Shown here in pieces: positions 1 through 8,546 of a stretch of 40,174 nucleotides of DNA. A model generated the notes under the pieces. That model ran no database searches and was not told the DNA's origin. It saw only the letters and a list, made by a program, of their open reading frames with translations. Source of the stretch: a virus (taxonomy: Duplodnaviria > Caudoviricetes); IMG/VR virus record IMGVR_UViG_3300044724_001207, positions 1 through 40,174 of that record. One strand, 5' to 3'. Position 1 is the stretch's first letter. Every line of letters begins with the position of its first letter. The translations under genes were made by a program, and so were the position numbers.

Positions 1-1
1 C

Positions 2-499
2 ATGAATGATGAGATAAACGTATGTTTTCAAAACCACTCGATGTATGTTCGGGTGGCTTACAAATACCTTAAAAGCCTCGAAGATGCGGAAGACTGTGTC
101 CAAGAGGCTTTTTTGAAAGTATTAAAGAATAAGCACACATATAACTCAACAGGTTCAGTCGAGGGTTGGGTGAAAAGAATCGTTATCAACACCGCAATAG
201 ACAGATACCGAAGAAAAACATCGGCAAAGTTGGTTTATGACACCGAAAAAGTAAACTCATTTAAAGGCTCTGAGGAGGTTGAAACAACCTATGGTGAGGG
301 GATACCTCACAAGATGGTATTGGAGGCAATACAGAGCCTCTCAGATAGCTACAAACGAGCGATAACCCTATACCTTATTGAAGGTTACAACCACAGAGAG
401 ATTGCAGGTATGTTAAACATATCTGAAGGTACATCAAAGAGTAATCTATCAAAGGCAAAAAAGAACGTGATTAAATATATACACCAAACAAAAAAATAA
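2..499 (+). CDS. ECF-family (sigma24/RpoE-like) RNA polymerase sigma factor
   Basis: Region 2 (AEDCVQEAFLKV...GWVKRIVINTAIDRYR) and region 4 HTH (LYLIEGYNHREIAGMLNISEGTSKSNLSKAK); 165 aa is typical ECF length. The start sits at the window edge. Confidence 0.9.
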   Translation: MNDEINVCFQNHSMYVRVAYKYLKSLEDAEDCVQEAFLKVLKNKHTYNSTGSVEGWVKRIVINTAIDRYRRKTSAKLVYDTEKVNSFKGSEEVETTYGEGIPHKMVLEAIQSLSDSYKRAITLYLIEGYNHREIAGMLNISEGTSKSNLSKAKKNVIKYIHQTKK

Positions 500-699
500 T
501 GGTTAAAGACAAGGTTGCATCTAAGATAGCAGAGGAATGGTTTAACTCAAGAGGAGACTTTAATTTCACCATGAGTGAATTGAATGGTGTTGGATTTGAT
601 GTAAAATCAGAGGACGATGCTAAGAATCTTAGTCTAGAGATTAAGGTTGAGGTATTCAAAAAGATGTATAAATTGGTAATCGATGAGATATATGGATAA
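499..699 (+). CDS. hypothetical protein (66 aa)
   Basis: TAATG stop/start overlap with the sigma gene; co-oriented in a tightly packed operon. Confidence 0.65.
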   Translation: MVKDKVASKIAEEWFNSRGDFNFTMSELNGVGFDVKSEDDAKNLSLEIKVEVFKKMYKLVIDEIYG

Positions 700-826
700 A
701 GATGTTTGTAAGAAGATTGTCAAGAGAATGATAATCAGGTTAGTAAAGATGGAAAAAGATTACCCAAACGATAGTGACTTGGGTAGACATATAAGAACCT
801 ATATTAATAAATTATGGAAAAGATAA
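692..826 (+). CDS. small hypothetical protein (44 aa, MDKDVCKK...YPNDSDLGRHIR...WKR), not in the ORF track
   Basis: Translated by hand: ATG 692 to TAA 826. Fills the gap exactly and overlaps both neighbours. Confidence 0.65.
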   Translation: MDKDVCKKIVKRMIIRLVKMEKDYPNDSDLGRHIRTYINKLWKR

Positions 827-1017
827 AGAGAGTAATTACAGAGATATTTAAACTTATGAAGCATAGGAATAATATTCTTGTTGCAATAAATGACACAGAG
901 ATAAGGATACTTAACGATGCATTGTCTGATGGTATTGTCAAACCTTACAACATAGAACTTCTGAAGAAGTATCAAGAGAAGTATCATTTGATTGACGATA
1001 CATTAATATTTATATGA
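814..1017 (+). CDS. hypothetical protein (67 aa)
   Basis: Operon packing; ATGA overlap with the next gene. Confidence 0.6.
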   Translation: MEKIKRVITEIFKLMKHRNNILVAINDTEIRILNDALSDGIVKPYNIELLKKYQEKYHLIDDTLIFI

Positions 1018-1289
1018 TGACAGACAAAGAATTGAAGAAGTTAGCACTATATATTGTAGATGAACTGACAAAACCTAGTGAGGATATGATTGACAAACTA
1101 GGTTTTTACTTAATGTTCTTTGACCAGAAGCAGTTTGGTGAGTATGAAGAGTTGAGTATTAATCATGAGATTGAACAACTTAATAAACTACTTGCAATTA
1201 ATCTTGAGAAGGAGGAGTATGAGACTGCTTCTTTAATTCACAAGAAGATTAAGAAGTTAGAGGAAGAGAAAAATAATCTCAATAAATAA
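1014..1289 (+). CDS. small protein with C-terminal UVR (UvrB/UvrC-like) coiled-coil motif
   Basis: LNKLLAINLEKEEYETASLIHKKIKKL resembles the UVR consensus L..A...E.YE.AA..RD.I..L. Confidence 0.6.
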   Translation: MMTDKELKKLALYIVDELTKPSEDMIDKLGFYLMFFDQKQFGEYEELSINHEIEQLNKLLAINLEKEEYETASLIHKKIKKLEEEKNNLNK

Positions 1290-1344
1290 TTATGTAACAT
1301 AAGGACAAAGATTTTTTTTTTAAAAAATCCTAAAACCACTAAAC

Positions 1345-1494
1345 ATGAAGAAATTTAAAATCACATCATCTGTGACTAATGGTAACTCAGTAAGGGTTGA
1401 CTATGTTATGGCAGATGATTCTGTTAATGCAGTAAATAATTTAATGAAATTATACCCCCGAAAAAGGGAGATAAAGAGTATTGTATCACTTTAA
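1345..1494 (+). CDS. small hypothetical protein (49 aa, MKKFKITSSV...IKSIVSL), not in the ORF track
   Basis: Translated by hand: ATG 1345 after an A-rich leader (CTAAAC), TAA 1494. Confidence 0.55.
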   Translation: MKKFKITSSVTNGNSVRVDYVMADDSVNAVNNLMKLYPRKREIKSIVSL

Positions 1495-1500
1495 TTTTCA

Positions 1501-1557
1501 AAAAGTGTAAACTTAGTAACTTAATATATAATAACAACTTACTATATTTACACTTTT
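1501..1557. repeat. AT-rich inverted repeat upstream of the 247-aa gene
   Basis: AAAAGTGTAAA (1501-1511) / TTTACACTTTT (1547-1557) are perfect 11-bp arms, with an inner TAGTAA/TTACTA pair. Confidence 0.75.
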
Positions 1558-1566
1558 ATTAAACCA

Positions 1567-2310
1567 ATGAAATCAAATCGAAGAGTTAAATGGCTATGGG
1601 ATAAACGCATCGTCACAAGGCGTTACCCAAGCGATAAACCAACCGAGACATTCCCTTGGGGTTGGTATTATGAGAACGGCACACACGAGTGCTATGAACT
1701 ATTCACCACAGAGAACTTAATCGTGTCCTACAAGAGTTACTACTGGCATATATCAGTTATTAAGTACATCAATGAACTTTCGTACAAAGACTTCCGTGAG
1801 GTCTGTTTATTTATTGCAGACATCGACAATGGTTTTGTCAAGATTAACATGGATAAGTCTAGGGTTGACAAGATGATTGATAATATATATAAAGATGATA
1901 GTGATAGGTGTCCACCCAACAAGATTCGTAAGGTAATCTTCAAGGTTGGTTGTGGTCTTGAGAGGCACGAGAAGAGGAGAATAGTGGGGCAACTGATAGG
2001 TAGGTCTAATCGTTTAAGTATTGATGACATTTACACTTGTATGCAGTATATTCATCAGTCTAACTGTAGGGTTACAATCACTTCTTTATCGAAGGATATA
2101 AACTGTAGTAGACCAACCTTATATAAGGTAATGAATGACGAGATGCGAGAGGAGATGAAGCGTCTCAATGAATTACTGAAGGATGAAGAACTACAACGAA
2201 AAGAATTACGAAAGGTACAAACAAGACATACTAGAGAATCAACCTCCAGTCAAGCCTTGGACAGAGTATACAACAGAGGAATTGATAATCAAATTCCTAC
2301 CGATGGTTGA
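1567..2310 (+). CDS. hypothetical protein with C-terminal helix-turn-helix (putative DNA-binding/replication regulator)
   Basis: VTITSLSKDINCSRPTLYKVMN is HTH-like; the 3' end overlaps the next gene by 128 nt. Confidence 0.6.
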   Translation: MKSNRRVKWLWDKRIVTRRYPSDKPTETFPWGWYYENGTHECYELFTTENLIVSYKSYYWHISVIKYINELSYKDFREVCLFIADIDNGFVKINMDKSRVDKMIDNIYKDDSDRCPPNKIRKVIFKVGCGLERHEKRRIVGQLIGRSNRLSIDDIYTCMQYIHQSNCRVTITSLSKDINCSRPTLYKVMNDEMREEMKRLNELLKDEELQRKELRKVQTRHTRESTSSQALDRVYNRGIDNQIPTDG

Positions 2311-2923
2311 GAGTATTGCTAGGTCGTTTAATACAAGCGACACATCAAGCGGTATACTAGACATCATGGACTTGATTCAGTATGGCTCAATGGGACTGAT
2401 AGCCGCAGTTGAGAAGCTAGACATTGACGTATCTATGGAGAAGGATAACCCTGAGAGGTCCATTAAGTCCTTCTTAGCCAAAAGAATTAAGGGTGCGATA
2501 AGGCGTAGTGTAGATAACAATAGAGGCACAATGAAGATTACGGAGTATCGTCAGAACGAGATTCGTAAGTCAAGACATGGCGTTGAGCTGATATTTAACT
2601 CTGTGTTTAAGAGTATTGACGAGTACGATAGTTCTAGTGGTAACCCGTTTTATAATATACCTGAGATTGATAAGACATATAATATAGACATGTTGAACTC
2701 TTATCTGTTGAATATAATGAAACAAATACTCAATTTTGATGAATATCACATCGTTAGACTATTCTATGGACTAGACTGTCAACGACAAGGTGCTAAGGCT
2801 ATATCTCGATACCTCGGTATGGATAAGATTACAGGTCACTCTAAGATTTCATCCATGAAGAGGTATGCCATAGATAAGATAATTCAAAAAATAAATGTAG
2901 AAAATCTATTGTTGTTTGAATAA
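2183..2923 (+). CDS. divergent sigma70-family (group 3-like) RNA polymerase sigma factor
   Basis: Region 2: LIIKFLPMVESIARSF...DLIQYGSMGLIAAVEKLD...SFLAKRIKGAIRR. Region 4: IVRLFYGL...AKAISRYLG...ISSMKRYAIDKI. Confidence 0.8.
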   Translation: MKNYNEKNYERYKQDILENQPPVKPWTEYTTEELIIKFLPMVESIARSFNTSDTSSGILDIMDLIQYGSMGLIAAVEKLDIDVSMEKDNPERSIKSFLAKRIKGAIRRSVDNNRGTMKITEYRQNEIRKSRHGVELIFNSVFKSIDEYDSSSGNPFYNIPEIDKTYNIDMLNSYLLNIMKQILNFDEYHIVRLFYGLDCQRQGAKAISRYLGMDKITGHSKISSMKRYAIDKIIQKINVENLLLFE

Positions 2924-2936
2924 TTGATTACATTTG
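2909..2936 (+). promoter_or_regulatory. Bacteroidota-type housekeeping promoter (TTG-N17-TAnnTTTG)
   Basis: TTG at 2909-2911 and TACATTTG at 2929-2936; the -7 box is intergenic, just after the sigma stop codon. Confidence 0.6.
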
Positions 2937-2978
2937 TACTCACAAAGGTTGCAAACCGAATATCATTTTTCTCTTATC

Positions 2979-3023
2979 AAAAAGCCTAGTTGAAGTTTTG
3001 CAACCCTTTAGCTGGGCTTTTTT
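2979..3023 (+). terminator. intrinsic terminator/attenuator hairpin in the leader of the ERF operon
   Basis: AAAAAGCCTAGTTGAAG pairs with CTTTAGCTGGGCTTTTT using G-U pairs valid on the + strand; 10-nt loop TTTTGCAACC; followed by a T tract. Confidence 0.7.
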
Positions 3024-3047
3024 ATTATTAATTAAATTTTATTTTTT

Positions 3048-3602
3048 ATGAAAACCAAATCATTAAATCAGAAGCTGGCTTATATGCAGGCTAAGTTTCA
3101 CAGTAAAAAGACCCGATACAATTCCTTTGGGAAATACTACTTCAGGTCAGCAGAGGATATCCTAGAGGCAATCAAGCCATTCCTACTAGAGTTGGACGTA
3201 ACGGTTCGTGTTAGCGAGGAGTTGACAGAGGTTCTAGGTGTACCAGTAATTCAGAGTGTTGCAACCATAACAGATGGTGAGAAGGAGATTCACGCCACTG
3301 CGGTTGTTGGTATCGATTTAGACCAAAAGGGTATGCAGATGCCACAGAAGTTTGGTAGTGCATCAAGCTACGGCAAGAAGTATGCTCTTGGTAATCTACT
3401 TCTTATAGACGATACACAAGATTCCGATGCTACTAACGACCACGGAAAGTCTACCAAGAAGGTGGCTACTAAAAAGAAGTTGACTCAAGGTACAAAGGAG
3501 TTTGAGGCAGCAAAGAAATACATAGCTGAGGGTAACAGTATTGACACCGTCAAGCTCAAGTATGAAATCAGTAGTGATGTTGAAAAACTATTGTTATCAT
3601 GA
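3048..3602 (+). CDS. ERF-family single-strand annealing protein
   Basis: K..YNSFGKYYFRSAEDILEAIKP and Q.FGSASSYGKKYALGNLLLIDDTQDSD match ERF family motifs. Confidence 0.85.
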   Translation: MKTKSLNQKLAYMQAKFHSKKTRYNSFGKYYFRSAEDILEAIKPFLLELDVTVRVSEELTEVLGVPVIQSVATITDGEKEIHATAVVGIDLDQKGMQMPQKFGSASSYGKKYALGNLLLIDDTQDSDATNDHGKSTKKVATKKKLTQGTKEFEAAKKYIAEGNSIDTVKLKYEISSDVEKLLLS

Positions 3603-4333
3603 AGCAAACAGAAATTATAGACAGACTCCGTAATGACGAGGATTATTACGGAAAGTTCGGTAAACAATACCTCTCTAACTCGGATATAAACGCATTACTC
3701 AATAATCCACTAGCCTTTGGTCAGGACATGGAGAAGACTGCTGCGTTCCTAGTTGGGGGGTATTTTCATACCGCCATCTTAGAGCCAGACAAGCTAAAGA
3801 AGTACAGAATAATTGAGGCATCGACACGGAACACCAAGGCATATAAAGAGATGTCTGAGGGTGAGTTGTGTTTGTTGCAGCACGAGGTGGACCAAATTGA
3901 GTTAATGCAAGACAGACTTCTAGGTAACGATGTCTGTAAGGGTTTAATTCGTGATGGTGATGTGGAGTACGAAGTACCTAACGTGACCAACATCGGTGGT
4001 AATATGTGGAAGGGTAAGGCAGACATTATCAACCATGACGATAAGATGATTATAGACCTCAAGACCACGGGTAATATATCATCTTTCAGGTCTAGTGCAT
4101 ACAAGTACAACTACGATAGTCAGGCATATATATACACTCAGCTCTTTGAGGGTTACGAGTTTGTGTTTATTGTCATCGACAAAACAACATTGCAGGTTGG
4201 TGTTTACGACTGCTCATCTTCGTTCTACCATAGTGGTGAGCAGAAGGTTGAGCAAGCCAATCTAAACTACGATTTGTTCTTTAAACTTGGGGACACAGAC
4301 CCCGAACAGTTTCTGAAAACAGAGACACTTTAA
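3599..4333 (+). CDS. PD-(D/E)XK exonuclease (RecE/exonuclease VIII-like, DUF3799-type)
   Basis: YLSNSDI, G..FH..ILEP, KGKADII, IIDLKTT and Y.YDSQAYIY motifs; adjacent to ERF. Confidence 0.85.
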   Translation: MKQTEIIDRLRNDEDYYGKFGKQYLSNSDINALLNNPLAFGQDMEKTAAFLVGGYFHTAILEPDKLKKYRIIEASTRNTKAYKEMSEGELCLLQHEVDQIELMQDRLLGNDVCKGLIRDGDVEYEVPNVTNIGGNMWKGKADIINHDDKMIIDLKTTGNISSFRSSAYKYNYDSQAYIYTQLFEGYEFVFIVIDKTTLQVGVYDCSSSFYHSGEQKVEQANLNYDLFFKLGDTDPEQFLKTETL

Positions 4334-4369
4334 TTTTTATTTTTTATTTAATTTTTTATTTATTTTATT

Positions 4370-4672
4370 ATGAAGATAATTGCAACAGGTAGGTTAAACG
4401 TGGCAGACATCCCGAAGGATAAGCTGTACAAGGGTAAGAAGGGTACATACCTTCCTTACAAAATCTTAATTAATACCGAGCCAGACCAGTTTGAAAACAA
4501 CGGAGCCTTAACCGTTAATCAGTCTAAAGAGGAGCGTGAGGCGAAGGAGGCATTGGTATATCTCGGTAACCACAAGATTGTGTGGATGGAAGAGGGTGAC
4601 AGTGGTTTGAGTGAGAGACCGACATCGAAGCCAAAGGCTAATGTAATTGAGGACGATGATTTACCGTTCTAA
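4370..4672 (+). CDS. putative single-stranded DNA-binding protein
   Basis: 100 aa with an acidic C-terminal DDDLPF tail; lies between the recombination and primase genes. Confidence 0.7.
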   Translation: MKIIATGRLNVADIPKDKLYKGKKGTYLPYKILINTEPDQFENNGALTVNQSKEEREAKEALVYLGNHKIVWMEEGDSGLSERPTSKPKANVIEDDDLPF

Positions 4673-4674
4673 CT

Positions 4675-6387
4675 ATGAAGGTTTTAGACGGTGAAATCAA
4701 TGGATTTAAGATTGACAAGTTCAATCAGTACGGTCTAGAAGTGGGGAAGACACAGGGGATTTGTCCTCTGTGTTCTCACACCCGAAAGCCCGAAAACAGA
4801 AAGCTAAAGTGCGCCTCATATGATTGGGAGAGGGGGTTGGGTACATGCCACAACTGCGATACTTCCTTTCAGTTGCACACCTACGAGCGTAGGGGAGAGG
4901 TCACTAAGTTTTATGAGAAGCCACCAAGGATAGAGGTTGAGTCTGTAAGCACAAAGGTTGAGTCTTGGTTTAAGTCTCGTGGCATATCAAAGAAAACCCT
5001 AGATGACTTAATGATTACTGAGGGTGTCGAGTGGATGCCACAGACTGGTAAGGAGGAAAACACAATACAATTTAACTACTTCATTGGTGATGAGTTGGTC
5101 AACGTGAAGTATCGTGACGGTAGGAAAAACTTTAAGCTGTACAAGGGTGCAGAGAAGGTGTTCTATAATATAGATGCCACCGTTGGACACGACAGTGTTA
5201 TCATTGTTGAGGGTGAGATGGATGTGTGTGCAATACATGAGTCTGGCTTCAAGAGCGTTGTGAGTGTACCAAACGGTGCAACACTGAATACAAATAATCT
5301 AGATTACCTAGATAACTGCATCGACTACTTTGAGGATAAGGAGAAAATAATTATTGCCGTTGATACGGATGAGGCTGGTATAGCCTTACAGACAGAGTTG
5401 GTTAGAAGGTTTGGTGCAGAGGTTTCTTGGGTTGTTGACTTCGGTGACTGCAAGGACGCAAACGAGTACCTAATAAAGTATGGTGCAACATCTTTGTCTT
5501 CTATACTGAAGACCGCAAAGCCAGTCCCATTAGAAAACGTAGTAACATTTAACGATATAGAGGATGAGGTTATTGAGTTTGTTAAGAATGGTTTTAAAAG
5601 GGGTTACCAAATCGGTTTGGAAAACTTTGATAACATATTCAGTACATACACTGGTCAGTTTATTACTGTTACTGGCATCCCTAGTAGTGGTAAGTCTGAC
5701 TTTGTTGACCAAATGGTTGTGGGATACAATAAGTTGTATGGTTGGAAGACTGCTTTTGCGTCTCCTGAGAATGCTCCAACGTATTTACACGCACATAAGT
5801 TAATGCGTAAGATATGGGGTAGTATGCCTACAGTTAATGACATCAACACAGGTAAGTGGACAGAGGTCGCAGAGACCGTGAATGAAAACTTCTTCTTCAT
5901 TGACATGGAGAAGTACAACCTTGAGGAGGTGTTGAGTAAGGGTGCTGAGTTGGTGAAGCGTAAGGGTATAAAGTGCTTAGTGATAGACCCTTACAACAAG
6001 ATAAGGTCTAACGATTCTCTTTCAGATGTGAACGTGTATACGATGGAGTACCTATCTAAGATAGAGGTCTTTGCTAAGAAGTACGATGTTTTGGTTATCA
6101 TTGTAGCCCATCCAACTAAGATGTACAGAAACCAAGAGGGTAATATTGAGGAGCCTACGATGTACAACATCAAGGGTGGTGGTGAATGGTACGATGCGAG
6201 TTACCACGGAATATTAGTCCACAGAAACTACGAGGAGAATACCGTTAAGGCAAAGGTTTTGAAGGTTAAGTTTCAGAATCTTGGTGAGAACGGTGCGGAG
6301 GCTCACTTCACTTGGAACAAGAGTAGTGGTGAGTTTGTGCCGAAGGAAAAGCCTGTTGGTGTAAACGAGTTGATGCCTTGGGATTAA
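4675..6387 (+). CDS. DNA primase-helicase (Twinkle / T7 gp4-like)
   Basis: N-terminal Zn ribbon (CPLC...CHNC), TOPRIM (IIVEGEMD, DTDEAG, KDANE) and SF4 helicase (GIPSSGKS, LVIDPYN, VAHP). Confidence 0.93.
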   Translation: MKVLDGEINGFKIDKFNQYGLEVGKTQGICPLCSHTRKPENRKLKCASYDWERGLGTCHNCDTSFQLHTYERRGEVTKFYEKPPRIEVESVSTKVESWFKSRGISKKTLDDLMITEGVEWMPQTGKEENTIQFNYFIGDELVNVKYRDGRKNFKLYKGAEKVFYNIDATVGHDSVIIVEGEMDVCAIHESGFKSVVSVPNGATLNTNNLDYLDNCIDYFEDKEKIIIAVDTDEAGIALQTELVRRFGAEVSWVVDFGDCKDANEYLIKYGATSLSSILKTAKPVPLENVVTFNDIEDEVIEFVKNGFKRGYQIGLENFDNIFSTYTGQFITVTGIPSSGKSDFVDQMVVGYNKLYGWKTAFASPENAPTYLHAHKLMRKIWGSMPTVNDINTGKWTEVAETVNENFFFIDMEKYNLEEVLSKGAELVKRKGIKCLVIDPYNKIRSNDSLSDVNVYTMEYLSKIEVFAKKYDVLVIIVAHPTKMYRNQEGNIEEPTMYNIKGGGEWYDASYHGILVHRNYEENTVKAKVLKVKFQNLGENGAEAHFTWNKSSGEFVPKEKPVGVNELMPWD

Positions 6388-6650
6388 AATCAAAAGACAA
6401 GCACCCGATGGGATACTACCTACCCACTGATTTAGAGATGAAGGCATCTTATTGGTGCATTGAGAACGGGGTGGGAGTGTCTCCACTGAGTGCTGGTTAC
6501 GGCAAGGGTAGGTGGCATGTGGAGATAACAATAAACAAGAAGTCTAAGAAGTCTCCTGGGACATACGGCAAGGTTGAGATTTGGAAGAAGACATATGAGT
6601 TCAGATTATATTACTATAATAAATTTTTAAAGAAACAAAATGAAAAGTAA
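6378..6650 (+). CDS. hypothetical protein (90 aa)
   Basis: Overlaps both neighbours in operon fashion; an alternative start at the internal Met is possible. Confidence 0.65.
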   Translation: MGLKSKDKHPMGYYLPTDLEMKASYWCIENGVGVSPLSAGYGKGRWHVEITINKKSKKSPGTYGKVEIWKKTYEFRLYYYNKFLKKQNEK

Positions 6651-7815
6651 ATACTCAAAGTACGAGAAAGAGGTTAGGTCAATGAGGGAGGACACTGGAC
6701 ACGGCTCAGATACAATAGCTCAGACCATAAGCTCAAAGTATCCCGAAGATGAGATTAATGTTCACACCTTTGCAAGATACATTAGAAAAAAGGGTTGGGT
6801 AAGACCGTCCATAGTGGATGAGTCTATGCACAGGAATAACTTAAACCCTAGTGATAACTGGAAGTTATCTTGGGTGAAGGACAAGGTTACTGGTACGTCT
6901 ACCTTGGTTGTCAACCCAGACTACAAGCACACTGAGTCTGTTGACTACGAGCAGATAAGGACTGAGATGATTTCAGAGATGAAGAAACTGTCCCCGAAGG
7001 TTGATAAGTACAAGAGGAAGAAGAACAAGGACTCCCATTGCTTAGTATTAGACATAGCCGACCTACACATAGGTAAGCTGGCAACAAAGGATGGGTCTAA
7101 CGATAACTATAATGTTGACATAGCTATCGACAGAGCTATCAAGGGTAGTATACAGTTGATTGACAAGTCTGAACCGTACAACATAGATAAGATATTCTTT
7201 ATCATTGGTAACGATGTTCTACACATCGACAATGCAAAGACTAGAACCACAACGAGTGGTACGCCACAAGACACCGATGGTATGTGGTACGACAACTTCA
7301 AGATAGCAAGGGGTGTGTACTGTCACATTATAAGTATGCTGTCAACTATAGCCGATGTGGAGGTTATTCACTGCCCATCTAACCACGACTACATGACTGG
7401 GTTTATGCTGGCAGATGCTGTCCACTGTTACTTCCATAACAACAAGAACATTACCTTCAACGTGGACAACAACCACCGCAAGTACACTAGGTACGGCAAG
7501 AATATGCTGATGTTCAGCCACGGAGATGGTTGTAAGATAGACCAGATACCATACCTGTCAGCACACGAGAGTTCTCAGATATGGTACGAGACGAAGTACA
7601 GGTACGGATACCTCCACCACATACACCACAAGGACTACTTTAAGTTTAGGAGTGGTAAGGACTACATAGGTATGACCGTAGAGTATTTACGTTCACCTAG
7701 CGGCACAGACAGGTGGCATGCAGACAATGGATACACTGGTGCTAAGGTTGCGCTTGAGGCGTTCATTCATCACCCAGAAAATGGGCAGGTGTGTAGACTA
7801 ACACATAATTTTTGA
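6640..7815 (+). CDS. calcineurin-like metallophosphoesterase with N-terminal extension
   Basis: DIADLHIG, GNDVLH, SNHD, SHGD and HHIHH motifs in the canonical order. Confidence 0.85.
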   Translation: MKSKYSKYEKEVRSMREDTGHGSDTIAQTISSKYPEDEINVHTFARYIRKKGWVRPSIVDESMHRNNLNPSDNWKLSWVKDKVTGTSTLVVNPDYKHTESVDYEQIRTEMISEMKKLSPKVDKYKRKKNKDSHCLVLDIADLHIGKLATKDGSNDNYNVDIAIDRAIKGSIQLIDKSEPYNIDKIFFIIGNDVLHIDNAKTRTTTSGTPQDTDGMWYDNFKIARGVYCHIISMLSTIADVEVIHCPSNHDYMTGFMLADAVHCYFHNNKNITFNVDNNHRKYTRYGKNMLMFSHGDGCKIDQIPYLSAHESSQIWYETKYRYGYLHHIHHKDYFKFRSGKDYIGMTVEYLRSPSGTDRWHADNGYTGAKVALEAFIHHPENGQVCRLTHNF

Positions 7816-8075
7816 ATAAAATGAAAAAACTAATATTAGAACACTACGGGGACACTGAAGAAGTCTTGTTTGCTGGTGGGTTTGACGATGCTATTATAGG
7901 GTTTGAACCTAACCTGTGGAAGGTTGTGTACTCCAGAAACGAGTGCATCAAGATAATGGTTAAGGAGGGCATGGATGAGGAGGAGGCTATAGAGTACCTA
8001 GAGTTTAACACGTTTAGTGCCTACGTTGGGGAGAAGACACCTATCTGGGTAGAGACGTTTGACTGGGCGTTATGA
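7812..8075 (+). CDS. conserved phage hypothetical protein (87 aa)
   Basis: GFDDAIIG...VVYS...EEAIEYLEFN...YVGEKTP, a pattern I recognise from small phage proteins; operon packing (true start probably the ATG at 7821). Confidence 0.7.
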   Translation: MNKMKKLILEHYGDTEEVLFAGGFDDAIIGFEPNLWKVVYSRNECIKIMVKEGMDEEEAIEYLEFNTFSAYVGEKTPIWVETFDWAL

Positions 8076-8416
8076 AACACAACAACGACTTTAAGTACGA
8101 CCTAGAGGTTGGTCAGTTAAAAGAGTCTGAGCTTGATGACATGCTGTCTAACTCTAAGATAGAAGTTAAGTATGACTTGAGGGCTAAGGAAACTGGTAAC
8201 GTGTTTGTAGAGTATGAGAGCAGAGGTAAACCCAGTGGGATATCCACAACACAGTCAGACTTTTATTGCTTTGCCATTGCTCATTCATTTGTATTAATAT
8301 CTTTGTCAGAGCTGAAGACACGATGCAGGAAATACATCGGCACAAGGAGAGATGTAGTAGGGGGTGACAGCGACACAAGTAAAGGTATTCTCCTACCGAT
8401 TAAAGATTTAATATGA
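8072..8416 (+). CDS. PD-(D/E)XK-like nuclease-fold protein
   Basis: KIEVKYD...TGNVFVEYESRGKPSGISTT motif. Confidence 0.6.
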   Translation: MKHNNDFKYDLEVGQLKESELDDMLSNSKIEVKYDLRAKETGNVFVEYESRGKPSGISTTQSDFYCFAIAHSFVLISLSELKTRCRKYIGTRRDVVGGDSDTSKGILLPIKDLI

Positions 8417-8544
8417 CCAATAAATGTGTTGTTTGTGGAGACCAAATAGCTATACTACTGAAGTCCAAGCAGGTATGTTACAACTGTTTGTCTAGTCAAA
8501 AAAAGAAGTTACCCAACACAACTAATCCAGAAAAAAACAAGTAA
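8413..8544 (+). CDS. small Zn-ribbon protein (43 aa, CVVC...CYNC), not in the ORF track
   Basis: Translated by hand; ATGA overlap with the upstream stop, two CxxC pairs, ends 2 nt before the next start. Confidence 0.65.
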   Translation: MTNKCVVCGDQIAILLKSKQVCYNCLSSQKKKLPNTTNPEKNK

Positions 8545-8546
8545 TT

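Noticed and set aside
1290-1330. Minus-strand promoter (AATCTTTG) or terminator at the T11/A6 tract
   Set aside because: The first base of TAnnTTTG mismatches and the only stem is nearly all A/T; not supportable.
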